Source of the DNA: Thermodesulfobacteriota bacterium | GTDB lineage: Bacteria; Desulfobacterota; Desulfobacteria; Desulfobacterales; SURF-7 | Assembly: GCA_049320885.1 (NCBI GenBank) | Contig: JBMORA010000044.1 | Span: 21,977 to 85,976 of the forward strand | DNA length: 64,000 bases | Direction: 5' to 3' | In this document: one piece after another, positions 1 through 9,300 of the stretch | Numbering within the stretch: the stretch's first letter is position 1 | Layout of the letters: each line of letters begins with the position of its first letter | Made by a program: the position numbers and the translations under genes | Notes under the pieces: model-generated | The model's input: only the letters and a program-made list of their open reading frames with translations | Database searches by the model: none | Told to the model about the DNA's origin: nothing

Positions 1-265
1 AAAAGATCAATACCAAAAAACGAGTCGATAACTACCAAAAATTATATTTATTTTTCTATTTTTGTAAAGAAAGGATAATAAGAGCTGTCAATAAACACTG
101 AATTTTTTATAACTATATTTAATTTATACAAATTATTAAATTTTAGTCCATATGAAAAATTGTCAATCACCGATGATTTATCAACAGGGTTTTTCAGCCT
201 GTTCACAACCTCCTGTTTATGAACAAGCCATATTTCATATTGTTGACAAAACAAAATTTCATCTT

Positions 266-1810
266 TCAAGGTTGAATAACAACATCAATTCGTCGGTTTA
301 TAGCCTGCCCTTCTTCATTTTCATTACTGGCAATGGGTCTAGCCTCGCCATAGCCGATCACCTCAATCCGGGTTGGTGAAATGGTGGAATTGGATATAAT
401 ATATTCGGAAACGGCTTTGGCCCGTTCCTCCGATAATGTTTGATTGGTTTTATCGCTGCCCCTGCTGTCTGTATGACCTTCAAAAACAATGCGACAACCG
501 GGGAACTCATTGATAGCGCTGATGGTGCGATTCAGCAAATTGACATATTTGGGTTCGATGGTGGCTTTCCCGATTGGGAACGAAAGACCGTGAAGCCGGA
601 TAATAATATTCTCTCCATCCAGTAAGACCTTGGCTTCGGCAGGCGAATACAACAATCCGATCCGGTTTATTTTGTTTTTCCTGATTTTTTCTTGCTCCAC
701 TTTTGACTGTAATTTATTTTTTGTATTGGATAATTGATTCAATTCCTCATTTATTTTCATCAGTTGATTCTGGGCATTGTATATTTCCGTATCTTTTTGC
801 GCCAGTTTATTGAAATATTCATTTCGATATTCTTTCAGCTGTTGTGACATCATAAGTTGGTTATTTTTTAATTTTTTTATGTTATTAATAATATTATTTA
901 CAGAAATTTCCATTCCCTGATCGAATTTGGGATCGATATCCAGTTCGAGGCCAATTTTCCGAAGCGAGTCCTCCAAATTCAACATAATCGATTCGATGGA
1001 TTGATCCGTATCATCCATTTGTTTTATCGCTTGATAAAGATAAATTGCGTGGTTGGTTTCATAGGCTGCCTGGTCGGCGATTTGAGGCGCTTCGGTTTGA
1101 TCGTAACGGTTTGCGCGAAAGAGAGATTCTGATTTCATTGCAAGTTTACGGGCTTTTTCGTAGGTCAGGGGAGCATAACTTTTTACGCCCATATCATCCG
1201 CTTTATCCAGTAATAACCACACATTTTGAAGGTATTGACTTTGTATGGAAAATAATTCTATTTCACGATATATTTTTTCCGATTCCGCCGCTGTTTCTTT
1301 GGCTTTTTCCATATTATCATCTTCCAGCTCGGCGGCTGCTTCATGGAAAAGATCTTCCGCTTCCTTCCATTTTTCAATTTCATAAGTCGGGCCATTAACC
1401 TTCAGACAATCCTCTCTGGCCTTGATGATGGCGGAAAAAAAATCAGCAGCCAATGAAACGTGCTGGAGGGCTTTTTCAAAATTGGAAATGGAATCATTCA
1501 CCTGTTGTCTGATTTCGGAAATATCATCGCCGTTATCGTAACTCGCTTTTGCATCATTGTAGCATTCCATACCGGCTGCAAAAGAAGCAGGGGAATAGAT
1601 ATCCGCTTTTGCTTTTAAGGCGGACTTCATTTTCTCTTCCACACTGGCGAACAAGGTTTCCCGCGATAACGGTGTGGTCGCCATACCCGTATTCGCTATC
1701 CAAAGGATCAATAACACCCCAAAAAAGACTTTCAGAAGAAAGAAGTGATCCATGCAAGGCCGGTTCATGCAATCCTCCCATTTATTCCCAATCAATGAGC
1801 TGGTTTTCAT
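266..1810 (-). CDS. OmpA/MotB-family peptidoglycan-binding protein with a long helical/coiled-coil N-terminal region
   Basis: C-terminal OmpA_C motifs (EGHTDSRGS, N..LSEERAKAV, GYGEARPIA, NRRIDV); N-terminal hydrophobic segment. True start may lie a few codons downstream. Confidence 0.85.
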   Translation of the reverse strand: MKTSSLIGNKWEDCMNRPCMDHFFLLKVFFGVLLILWIANTGMATTPLSRETLFASVEEKMKSALKAKADIYSPASFAAGMECYNDAKASYDNGDDISEIRQQVNDSISNFEKALQHVSLAADFFSAIIKAREDCLKVNGPTYEIEKWKEAEDLFHEAAAELEDDNMEKAKETAAESEKIYREIELFSIQSQYLQNVWLLLDKADDMGVKSYAPLTYEKARKLAMKSESLFRANRYDQTEAPQIADQAAYETNHAIYLYQAIKQMDDTDQSIESIMLNLEDSLRKIGLELDIDPKFDQGMEISVNNIINNIKKLKNNQLMMSQQLKEYRNEYFNKLAQKDTEIYNAQNQLMKINEELNQLSNTKNKLQSKVEQEKIRKNKINRIGLLYSPAEAKVLLDGENIIIRLHGLSFPIGKATIEPKYVNLLNRTISAINEFPGCRIVFEGHTDSRGSDKTNQTLSEERAKAVSEYIISNSTISPTRIEVIGYGEARPIASNENEEGQAINRRIDVVIQP

Positions 1811-1865
1811 TATAGACTGAGTTTGTCTGAAAACTATACGATAATGAGTTAAAAAAGCTGAAAAA

Positions 1866-1897
1866 AAACCCGCAGTCCATTGCAGGTCAGCGGGTTT
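1866..1897 (-). terminator. Intrinsic terminator downstream of tRNA-Leu
   Basis: Inverted repeat aaacccgc...gcgggttt with an A-run on the left (U-tract on the minus strand). Confidence 0.55.
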
Positions 1898-1940
1898 CTT
1901 TTATTAATGAAATTCAAATTTTACCAGGAATGTAAAAATT

Positions 1941-2027
1941 TGGTGCCGGAGGCGAGAATCGAACTCGCATGGACTTGCGCCCGGAGGATTTTGAGTCCTC
2001 TGCGTCTACCAGTTTCACCACTCCGGC
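1941..2027 (-). tRNA. tRNA-Leu(CAA), 87 nt, CCA encoded
   Basis: Reverse complement is GCCGGAGTGGTGAAACTGGTAGACGCAGAGGACTCAAAATCCTCCGGGCGCAAGTCCATGCGAGTTCGATTCTCGCCTCCGGCACCA. Anticodon arm GAGGA-CTCAAAA-TCCTC, long variable arm, TTCGA T-loop. Confidence 0.97.
1986..2027. repeat. Left att core: 42-bp direct repeat (5' half of tRNA-Leu)
   Basis: Identical to 40863-40904 (ggattttgagtcctctgcgtctaccagtttcaccactccggc). Confidence 0.95.
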
Positions 2028-2040
2028 GTTGAGCTTTGAT

Positions 2041-2069
2041 TTTATAGTAAAATTGGTTTTAAAAGTCAA
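2041..2069 (-). promoter_or_regulatory. Sigma-70 promoter of the intact tRNA-Leu (island side)
   Basis: Minus strand TTGACT (2064-2069), 17-bp spacer, TATAAA (2041-2046). Confidence 0.75.
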
Positions 2070-2189
2070 TAGCATGTTTTTGTAATAAATACATAATATT
2101 GTCAGATATATAGATCTATTGACAGACACGTGATCGTATCATGGGGATTTTGGCTTTATTTGGATAAATCGAAAAGAATTTGACCTTGA

Positions 2190-2208
2190 CGGGCACAATT
2201 TAGGCACA
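2190..2208. repeat. Putative integrase arm-type site pair (left)
   Basis: cgggcacaatttaggcaca, nearly matching cgggcacaattttgggcaca at 40737-40756. Confidence 0.6.
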
Positions 2209-2335
2209 CAGAAAGCCTGGGGGTTTTAATCCCTGGTTTGATTTAATCTTTTTTTATCGAAAAGTTAACGCGATCCTAATAAATTCCATGTACTTATATT
2301 GCCGTAATAAGACGCAAAATAAGGAGGTATCTATA

Positions 2336-2428
2336 ATGAAAACAATTTTCAACACTTGGTTGGTAACCGTATTGTCTGCATCCTGTATCGTTTCCAGTGT
2401 GGTTTTGACGTTCTGGGATCTTCTCTAA
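2336..2428 (+). CDS. 30-aa hydrophobic small protein MKTIFNTWLVTVLSASCIVSSVVLTFWDLL (not in the ORF track)
   Basis: Perfect Shine-Dalgarno TAAGGAGGT (2320-2328) 7 nt before the ATG; directly upstream of the three-gene operon. Confidence 0.6.
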   Translation: MKTIFNTWLVTVLSASCIVSSVVLTFWDLL

Positions 2429-2470
2429 CCAGGGCGGTTCTTTGTGAAAAACCCAAACAGGAGCACATGG

Positions 2471-4885
2471 ATGTCAAAACCCCACAATGCGGCAGCCCAC
2501 CTGCGTATTGTCAAACCCGACGCAACCAAAAATTCCTTTCCGACGAATCTTGAAAACCTGATAAACGCCCTGGGCATCCGGCAAAGCTCTCCGGAACAGT
2601 TTATCGCATCCCTGCCTTTTAGCCGGGACGATACCACTGCAGGGACAGAGAACGAGTTGCAGACTGTGGTAATCGGCGGCCCTAACAAGGTGGATCTACC
2701 GCAATTCATACGGTCATCCAATTTTTACAAAAATACCGTCAAATATGCCGCCAGCGGAGACGCCCCCCGTCGATTCCTAAACGCCTTGGATACCCACCTG
2801 AACGAAAACCGGGACAATATCTGGGAAAACAGCTGGGTTCGAATCCCCCGGCAAGTCCTTTGTTCCTATGCGGATCGGATCTTTTCAGACGATTTGCGGG
2901 CTAATAAGCGCCATCCTGGAAGCGCCCGGCGAAACGACGCCGGACGGTTTTTCATGATCCAGGGCGGTGAGCAATTTATCCGGATACCGGTCAGTTATTT
3001 ATTGAAACTGGCCTTGGCCGATGCCGTTGGAGAGCCCAAGACCCATCCCATCGTCCGGAAAACAGCCGAGGAGATGATGGGGCATTTTCTGAATGACAAC
3101 ACTTCTCCGGAAACCTATTCTTTCCATCCTGTTACCTTAAAACAACACAACGGCAATGGTCGCGCGGTAGCTGACGAGTCTTTGAAACGGTATTTACTAA
3201 CCCAGCTTCTTACCCAATACGCCAACACGCGTTTCCGCCTCGTGGAAAACGGTCAACGGGCTTGTGTGTATTTCGCTCCGCATCCGTTGTTACGCCAGAA
3301 AAAACTGAACAATCTCGTATCCGACTCCTTCTATCGGGAATTGTTTATGAGTCCCTGCCTTTCCGGCTGGGATCGGGGGGAGGATAAATACCAGTATATG
3401 CGACTTTGCCATCGGGTGCTGTCCCTCAGTCAACTGAACGCGGTGGTGAAGCTCAAGGAAGCCGGCATCATTACCCGCAATCTGGTGGTGCTGCCCAATA
3501 CGTCCAACACCAGTCTTGCCAACAACGGTACCCATATCAGTCTTGGCAGCAAAAAACTGAGCCGAATCGTGGATGCTCCGGGATCCGGCGTCAGCAGTGC
3601 GGATGAGAAGTACGTTGGAGATCTGGTTATCAAGATCATGGAGCACTTTCTGCCGCTTTTTGTGGGTACGTATTCCGCCGCTCCCTACCGTTTCGACTAT
3701 TGGGACTTTCATCCCGAGAAGATGCTCGGTTTTTTGCCCCACGAACTGGATTTCACGCATCTGCGGATGATGTGGCGCAGATGGCGCAAAAAGGCCGCTA
3801 TTCGTTTCTTGGGCCGTTCCATGACACCCTTCGGACCGGAAAAGATGGATCGCTTGATCAGCAAGGTCTTCCAGCTGAAGGGTGATTTTTTGTTCGACGT
3901 ACGTCTGATGGATTACCTGGTGGCCTTGCTCAGTACTAATGAAAGTCCGGCATTGAACGGTATGCCGGAAAGCGATCTGAATCTGAAAAAGGATCTGGCC
4001 GATCTGGGTGTTTTTGATGAATCCATGCCGCTGTATATGCTGTATCGTCTAAGGCGACGGAGCCAGATGGGTTTTTCCGGTTTTGAAGGACGGTATTACA
4101 GTGTGTTCGAAGACATCCGCCACGATATGGGCAATGCCGTCAATCTCCAGCTGCTGCTGACCCTGCTGGCCCAAAAATACATATTCGGTAAAACCATCAC
4201 CCACGGGGACATCCCCGATCATCCCACCCTGGAAAGCGAACGCCGGCAGATCTTTTTCGGGACCGCCATCGGAGTTCCGACATTCTATGTACACCAGGGC
4301 ACCCGGAATCGAATGATGATGAGAATACTGCAGCGCACCCGCAATACCCGTCTGAGCCGCCGTTACAACGGTTATATCCGGGTGCTGAACAAGGAATATC
4401 GCCGCGCCTTGGTGGCAGTAATCCGTGAAGACGGGGCGGATCTGATGGAGCATCTGGGGCTGTGGGAGACCATAACGGACCTCGAAATGCGCATCGACGA
4501 ACCGGAAACCTACTCTGCTTCCGGCAGACTCATCCGTGGCATTCTCCATCAAGCCGGCTCAGGTGGTCCAGCCATGAGACTATCGGGCAAGGAGTTCAAC
4601 CAGGCGGCGGAAAACTATTACCGAACCACGCTCCATCAAAAAACATTCCGTGAAGCCTTGGGTGCCTTCAAGGATGACATCGACAAGCTGGATTCCTGGC
4701 AAACCTGGCGGGAAGGATATTATAACCAGGCCCTGCTGGGAATGCTGGGGGGTGAGAGCGGCGGTGGATTTCTGAAGCGCCAGGAGCATGATCTGCTGCA
4801 TGAATCCATCGGTGAGGCGGATTTGAGAAAGATGATCCAATTGATGATGCTCAGCATTCATCGGGAAATGGACCACGAAAAATAA
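2471..4885 (+). CDS. Large hypothetical protein with putative carboxylate-amine ligase (GCS/glutamine-synthetase fold) motifs
   Basis: About 800-aa ORF with AGGAG RBS before the ATG at 2471. Motifs TAGTENELQ (GxExE), ELFMSP, NNGTHISLG, R...FEGRY. The fold call is inferred. Confidence 0.6.
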   Translation: MSKPHNAAAHLRIVKPDATKNSFPTNLENLINALGIRQSSPEQFIASLPFSRDDTTAGTENELQTVVIGGPNKVDLPQFIRSSNFYKNTVKYAASGDAPRRFLNALDTHLNENRDNIWENSWVRIPRQVLCSYADRIFSDDLRANKRHPGSARRNDAGRFFMIQGGEQFIRIPVSYLLKLALADAVGEPKTHPIVRKTAEEMMGHFLNDNTSPETYSFHPVTLKQHNGNGRAVADESLKRYLLTQLLTQYANTRFRLVENGQRACVYFAPHPLLRQKKLNNLVSDSFYRELFMSPCLSGWDRGEDKYQYMRLCHRVLSLSQLNAVVKLKEAGIITRNLVVLPNTSNTSLANNGTHISLGSKKLSRIVDAPGSGVSSADEKYVGDLVIKIMEHFLPLFVGTYSAAPYRFDYWDFHPEKMLGFLPHELDFTHLRMMWRRWRKKAAIRFLGRSMTPFGPEKMDRLISKVFQLKGDFLFDVRLMDYLVALLSTNESPALNGMPESDLNLKKDLADLGVFDESMPLYMLYRLRRRSQMGFSGFEGRYYSVFEDIRHDMGNAVNLQLLLTLLAQKYIFGKTITHGDIPDHPTLESERRQIFFGTAIGVPTFYVHQGTRNRMMMRILQRTRNTRLSRRYNGYIRVLNKEYRRALVAVIREDGADLMEHLGLWETITDLEMRIDEPETYSASGRLIRGILHQAGSGGPAMRLSGKEFNQAAENYYRTTLHQKTFREALGAFKDDIDKLDSWQTWREGYYNQALLGMLGGESGGGFLKRQEHDLLHESIGEADLRKMIQLMMLSIHREMDHEK

Positions 4886-4938
4886 CAACCATGCTGGCGG
4901 GATCTGTTCACGCTTGGCATCACAGGAGGTCTGAAGAC

Positions 4939-5994
4939 ATGCGACCACTTGCCCGGCATCAATACATAAACCGAAAAACATCCGAAATCGTGGATGAAAA
5001 TCTGTTTGGTGACCGGATTGTCAACTATATATATGCTAACAACCGCGAGGACGCTTCGGTGCTCTTTCGCGCCTTGACATCGGCGTATGTATCCAAACTG
5101 CTGGCGTATTTCAATTATGACATCCCTCTGGGCGACATGTTCACGGGGGGGCGGAAACTGCTGCGCAAGCTGGGAGTAGATCTGTCGGAATGCCTGGAAT
5201 CCGCGGATCAGTTGAATACGGCCCGCAAGGTGTTTGAACGTAAAATAAAGTACTGGGAGTGCCGGCCAATGGATACGGCAAGAGAGGTGATTGCTTCCCC
5301 GGCGGACGCCAGAATGATCGCTGGTTCGTTTTCTGATGACTCGCTTCTTTTTCTAAAGGAAAAATTTTTCGATTTTGCCGAACTCATCGGGCCGGACCGG
5401 CCGGAGTGGCGCGCAACCTTTCAAAACGGCGACTTTGCCGTGTTCCGCTTGACACCGGAAAAATATCACTACAACCACGCACCCGTGACCGGCATGGTCG
5501 TGGATATTTATGAAATCGGCGGCTGTTACCATTCCTGCAATCCGGGAGCCGTTGTGTGTCTGGCGACGCCGTTTTCCAAGAACAAGCGGGTGGTGACGGT
5601 TATCGATACGGACGTCCCGGGCGGCGCCTTTATCGGCAAGGTGGCGATGATCGAAATCGCGGCATTGATGATCGGTGACATTATCCAATGCTACAGCAAG
5701 ACCGGATATGATAGGCCCCAGGAGGTTAACAAGGGTCTGATGCTTGAAAAAGGTCAGCCAAAAAGCCTCTACCGTCCGGGCAGCTCGGTGGATGTATTGA
5801 TTTTCGAGCCCAACCGGATCCAGTTCGCCCCTGATATCCTCGATAATCTGAACCGCAGGGATATTCAGACCCGTTTTTCCAGTAAATTCGCAAAACCATT
5901 GGTGGAAACGGAAGTTTCCGTACGCTCGCGCATCGCGACAACCAACGACGATAGCCGCCTAAAAAATGGATTGTTCAAAGGAAAACTCTCATGA
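4939..5994 (+). CDS. Phosphatidylserine decarboxylase family protein (pyruvoyl-dependent)
   Basis: IASPADAR, FRLTPEKYHYNHAPV, NKRVV, and GS(S/T) self-cleavage motif YRPGSSVDVL; AGGAGG RBS before the ATG at 4939. Confidence 0.85.
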   Translation: MRPLARHQYINRKTSEIVDENLFGDRIVNYIYANNREDASVLFRALTSAYVSKLLAYFNYDIPLGDMFTGGRKLLRKLGVDLSECLESADQLNTARKVFERKIKYWECRPMDTAREVIASPADARMIAGSFSDDSLLFLKEKFFDFAELIGPDRPEWRATFQNGDFAVFRLTPEKYHYNHAPVTGMVVDIYEIGGCYHSCNPGAVVCLATPFSKNKRVVTVIDTDVPGGAFIGKVAMIEIAALMIGDIIQCYSKTGYDRPQEVNKGLMLEKGQPKSLYRPGSSVDVLIFEPNRIQFAPDILDNLNRRDIQTRFSSKFAKPLVETEVSVRSRIATTNDDSRLKNGLFKGKLS

Positions 5995-7043
5995 CCCATT
6001 CTGTTTTCATCCTCGCTATTCTCTTTTTCCTGTTTTTTTTGTTTCGCTGGGCATTTCGCGCATTGCCCATGGAGCACTGGCAGATCATCGGCGTGTTGCC
6101 GACCCAAAAAGATCCGGATGGGCGCTGGATAGGCATCAACCTGACATATTATGGTTTTTTTATCGCCACGGCCTACCTGGTCGCCACCAGTTTTGTGTTT
6201 GTTCTGCTGGGCGCCCTTTCTATTTCGGCAGGGGTGACGACCCTGTTGTTTCTATTCATTTGCCTGCCCGCGGTGCCCTCCTCCCGGGTCATTGCCCGGA
6301 TTGTCGAAAAGAAACCCCACACCGCCAGTATCGGGGCTGCGTCCTTTGTCGGCATCATCCTGGCGCCATGGGCTGTTCTTTTAGTGAAGGGCCTTGCCGG
6401 TCTATTTAGCGACTCCGCCATCGCCGTTCTACCCACCTTGTCGGCCCTGATCATTGCCTATACGTTCGGTGAAGGCCTCGGCCGCCTGGCCTGCATCAGC
6501 TTCGGCTGCTGTTATGGCAAGCCTATGAAGCACATTCCGGCGATCCTGCGGCGGATCCCGGGAATTCGGCCAGTTGTCTATAGCGGCGCTACCAAAAAAA
6601 TTTCTTACGCCGACCATCTGGATGGCGAAGAAACTTTTCCGATCCAGGCGATCACCGCTGTTTTGTATTGCGGCATAGGGGTACTGGGTATCCACCTGTT
6701 TGTGGGAGAGCACTTCACTGCCGCTTTCATGCTGCTCCTGATCGTCACCCAGATATGGCGGTTTCTTTCCGAATTTTTGCGGGCTGATTATCGCGGTGAT
6801 ACCCTCATCTCCGCCTATCAAATCATGGCCCTAATCACCGTACCATATGGCTGGTTCATCACGGCGGTTTTCCCCGGCGCTCCCATTGGCAACCTGGATC
6901 TGTTGCAAGGAATCAGTATTCTTTGGAAACCATTGATGTTGGTTTTCTTGCAAGGCCTCTGGCTGGCCATGTTTTGGTACAACGGCCGCAGCCACACCAC
7001 CGGAGCAACCCTGCATTTTCATGTGAACTACGACAAAATATAG
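5991..7043 (+). CDS. Prolipoprotein diacylglyceryl transferase (Lgt)-like membrane protein
   Basis: Polytopic; GRLACISFGCCYG and RFLSEFLRAD match Lgt-family motifs; ATGA overlap with the upstream gene. Confidence 0.8.
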   Translation: MTHSVFILAILFFLFFLFRWAFRALPMEHWQIIGVLPTQKDPDGRWIGINLTYYGFFIATAYLVATSFVFVLLGALSISAGVTTLLFLFICLPAVPSSRVIARIVEKKPHTASIGAASFVGIILAPWAVLLVKGLAGLFSDSAIAVLPTLSALIIAYTFGEGLGRLACISFGCCYGKPMKHIPAILRRIPGIRPVVYSGATKKISYADHLDGEETFPIQAITAVLYCGIGVLGIHLFVGEHFTAAFMLLLIVTQIWRFLSEFLRADYRGDTLISAYQIMALITVPYGWFITAVFPGAPIGNLDLLQGISILWKPLMLVFLQGLWLAMFWYNGRSHTTGATLHFHVNYDKI

Positions 7044-7315
7044 CAAGCCAAGATCCCTCGGGGCAACCCGTTGAAGGTTTCTGCATTACTTTTGTGGCAA
7101 TCATATCTGCAGCCGCCATGGCGGCCGCGATTTTTTCTTTATGAATGCTGAAAATGACGATACCCATCCCTGTGGTTATCGAAGGAATGAAATATGGGCA
7201 AGTTCAGGGAGCTCGGCCCGTATCGTACCGACCTGAGAAGCGGGGAATGCCGTTTGTGTGACTGGGAATGATTCCTTTTAAATCGTTTCCATCTTAAATT
7301 ATATGCAAAATGTCC

Positions 7316-7710
7316 TTATCGCTTCGAGCACCACTCCAGGGCCGCCATTTGAAACGGGTCCCACGGCGACGACAAGGGCGGCGTGCAGGAAAGATCCAGG
7401 TCGCAAAGCTCTTTTACGACCATAGTGTTATAAAGGGCGGTGGCAACGATGTCGACGCGCTTGGAAACCTCGGACTCCCGATGGCCGATCAGTTGGGCTC
7501 CAAGCAAGCGGCCGGTGGATCGATCCCCGGTCAGTATAACTTGCAGTTCTTTTGCGCCCGGATAATACACGCTATGGTCCCAGGAGGTCAGGGACACACT
7601 CAGCGGATCAAACCCGGCTGCGGCCGCTTCCTTGTCACGCAGACCCGTACGCGTAGCTACCCGGTCGAAGACCTTAACCACTTGGGTGCCCAGGCTGCCC
7701 TGGAATTCGC
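7316..7710 (-). pseudogene. C-terminal remnant of a CoA-disulfide reductase/NADH oxidase-family flavoprotein
   Basis: Only the dimerisation-domain sequence remains (GTQVVKVFD...YYPGA...GRLLGAQLIG...KRVDIVATAL...DLDLSCTPP); FAD/NAD domains are absent. Confidence 0.8.
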
Positions 7711-7918
7711 AAGAACATGACGAATCAATAAGGGTTTGTAAAACAAAAAGTTCCGTTCCAGCTTGATGATGGTCGAAAAGGAGGAACAAAAGAAGCGAAG
7801 ACATCGAACGTGTCCAACGGTTCTAATATAATAGATAAGGGCATTGGAAAATCGGGGCTGTAAAAAAACAGGAATTCCGAACGTTTCACACAACTATTTT
7901 ATATAATTAGATATAATT

Positions 7919-8022
7919 TGTATTTTTGATTGGACACCCCTTTTTCCGTTGGACAGGCCGATTCCCCGGATTGGACACCGATCGAATATTCATTTGGACA
8001 GTCAGCTCTTTTTCGTTGGACA
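7919..8022. repeat. Array of five TTGGACA motifs at roughly 22-bp period
   Basis: Starts at 7930, 7949, 7971, 7994 and 8016; inverted copy TGTCCAA at 7811; TGT at 7919. Confidence 0.65.
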
Positions 8023-8568
8023 AACGAGTTCTCTACGAACAGGATGGCAAGCCCGGACCGATGCATGATGAACCCGTCCGAAACGACCAATTGGTGGATT
8101 CAAGTTGGTTTGGATATGGCTTTCAAGTGGCGGCGCATGACTCCATATAAGCCAGGCCTTGGCTTCTATGTAGCGTGATTGGTGTTGATGCAGCCAAAGA
8201 CAAAACGCTCATGATCCATCCCCTGGAGGCTATCCGTCCTGACGTGAGCGGCGGTGTTTCATCAAGCAATTCCCATCCCCATGAGGTACTGGCGCATTCC
8301 GAACACACCGACATCTAAACCTATTGTTGTTGGGGTTTGGTTAATAGGTGGTTAAAATATCATTAATCGAAATAAAATCAAATGGTTTTATGACCAGTGT
8401 CGGCATCGGTGCGGCTGTACCGGTTTTTGTTTGCCGCCGTTTTTTCGGCGCGGACAAATCTTTTTTTAATTTGTTTGTGATTTCCGGCTAACACGGGCCG
8501 GATAAGCAACGGAACGGGAACAACCATAAGGAGGGAAAACGAAATTCGGAAACAGGAAGGATGGGCTC

Positions 8569-8940
8569 ATGAAACCCAATAACCGGCTTTATTTTAAAAG
8601 AGTTCTCTCCGATCTGCTGCAATTGACGAGGGTCAGGGAAGGCAACATCATTCCGATCAATGCGGAATGGGAGGATCGCCAAGGGGATTTTTTGGACCGC
8701 GCTTCGGCCCACATGGAAAGCACCTATAAAAATCTCATCCGACAGCGATCCGTCATCTTCATTCATCGCATCGAGCAGGCCCTGTCGCGCATTGAAAACG
8801 GCAGCTTCGGCATCTGTGATGAATGCGGGGAGGAAATTCCTGTGGACAGACTTAAGGCCCTGCCGGATACGGCTTACTGCGTCGGATGCAAGATGGAGAT
8901 CGAACGCCGCGAGCGTGTGGAGCAAAGCATGGCTGGATGA
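8569..8940 (+). CDS. TraR/DksA C4-type zinc-finger protein
   Basis: DFLDRA (DxxDxA tip), FGICDECGEEI..RL.ALP....CVGC. Confidence 0.9.
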   Translation: MKPNNRLYFKRVLSDLLQLTRVREGNIIPINAEWEDRQGDFLDRASAHMESTYKNLIRQRSVIFIHRIEQALSRIENGSFGICDECGEEIPVDRLKALPDTAYCVGCKMEIERRERVEQSMAG

Positions 8941-9300
8941 AAGCGGGAAAAAAAAAGATCTGTCTTTTCCCCACGCACAAAAGCCGGGCCGCCATGGGAT
9001 CGCCGGTCGGATTGATTACCTATTGTTTTCAGGTGGATGGCGTTTTGCCGACCCTTGCGTCCGGAGGTTTAACCGAAATCTAATCGACATTTTACGGGCC
9101 GCTAACACAGCTTTTGTAAAGAATCGAGGATAAACATCAGTCGGAAGCAAAATTTATAACAATATGAATTTAATTGCCATATTGAGATTCAAACATGGGA
9201 AACGGTAAAAGCACCCGGTGGCGCGCAGACGTTGCCGGCAATTTGAAACGAATCATGAACTGGATCAGCGTTTGCCATGTGGCAAGCGCGGGCGGTGAAA

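Noticed and set aside
7919..8022. CRISPR array
   Set aside because: The repeat is 7 bp with spacers of about 15 bp; no cas genes in the window.
9219..9275. Sigma-54 or shared upstream motif before the first VPLPA-CTERM gene
   Set aside because: TGGCGCG...TTGC has the wrong spacing; TGGATCAGCGTTTGC fits GG-N10-GC only weakly; similarity to 14522 is not positionally consistent.
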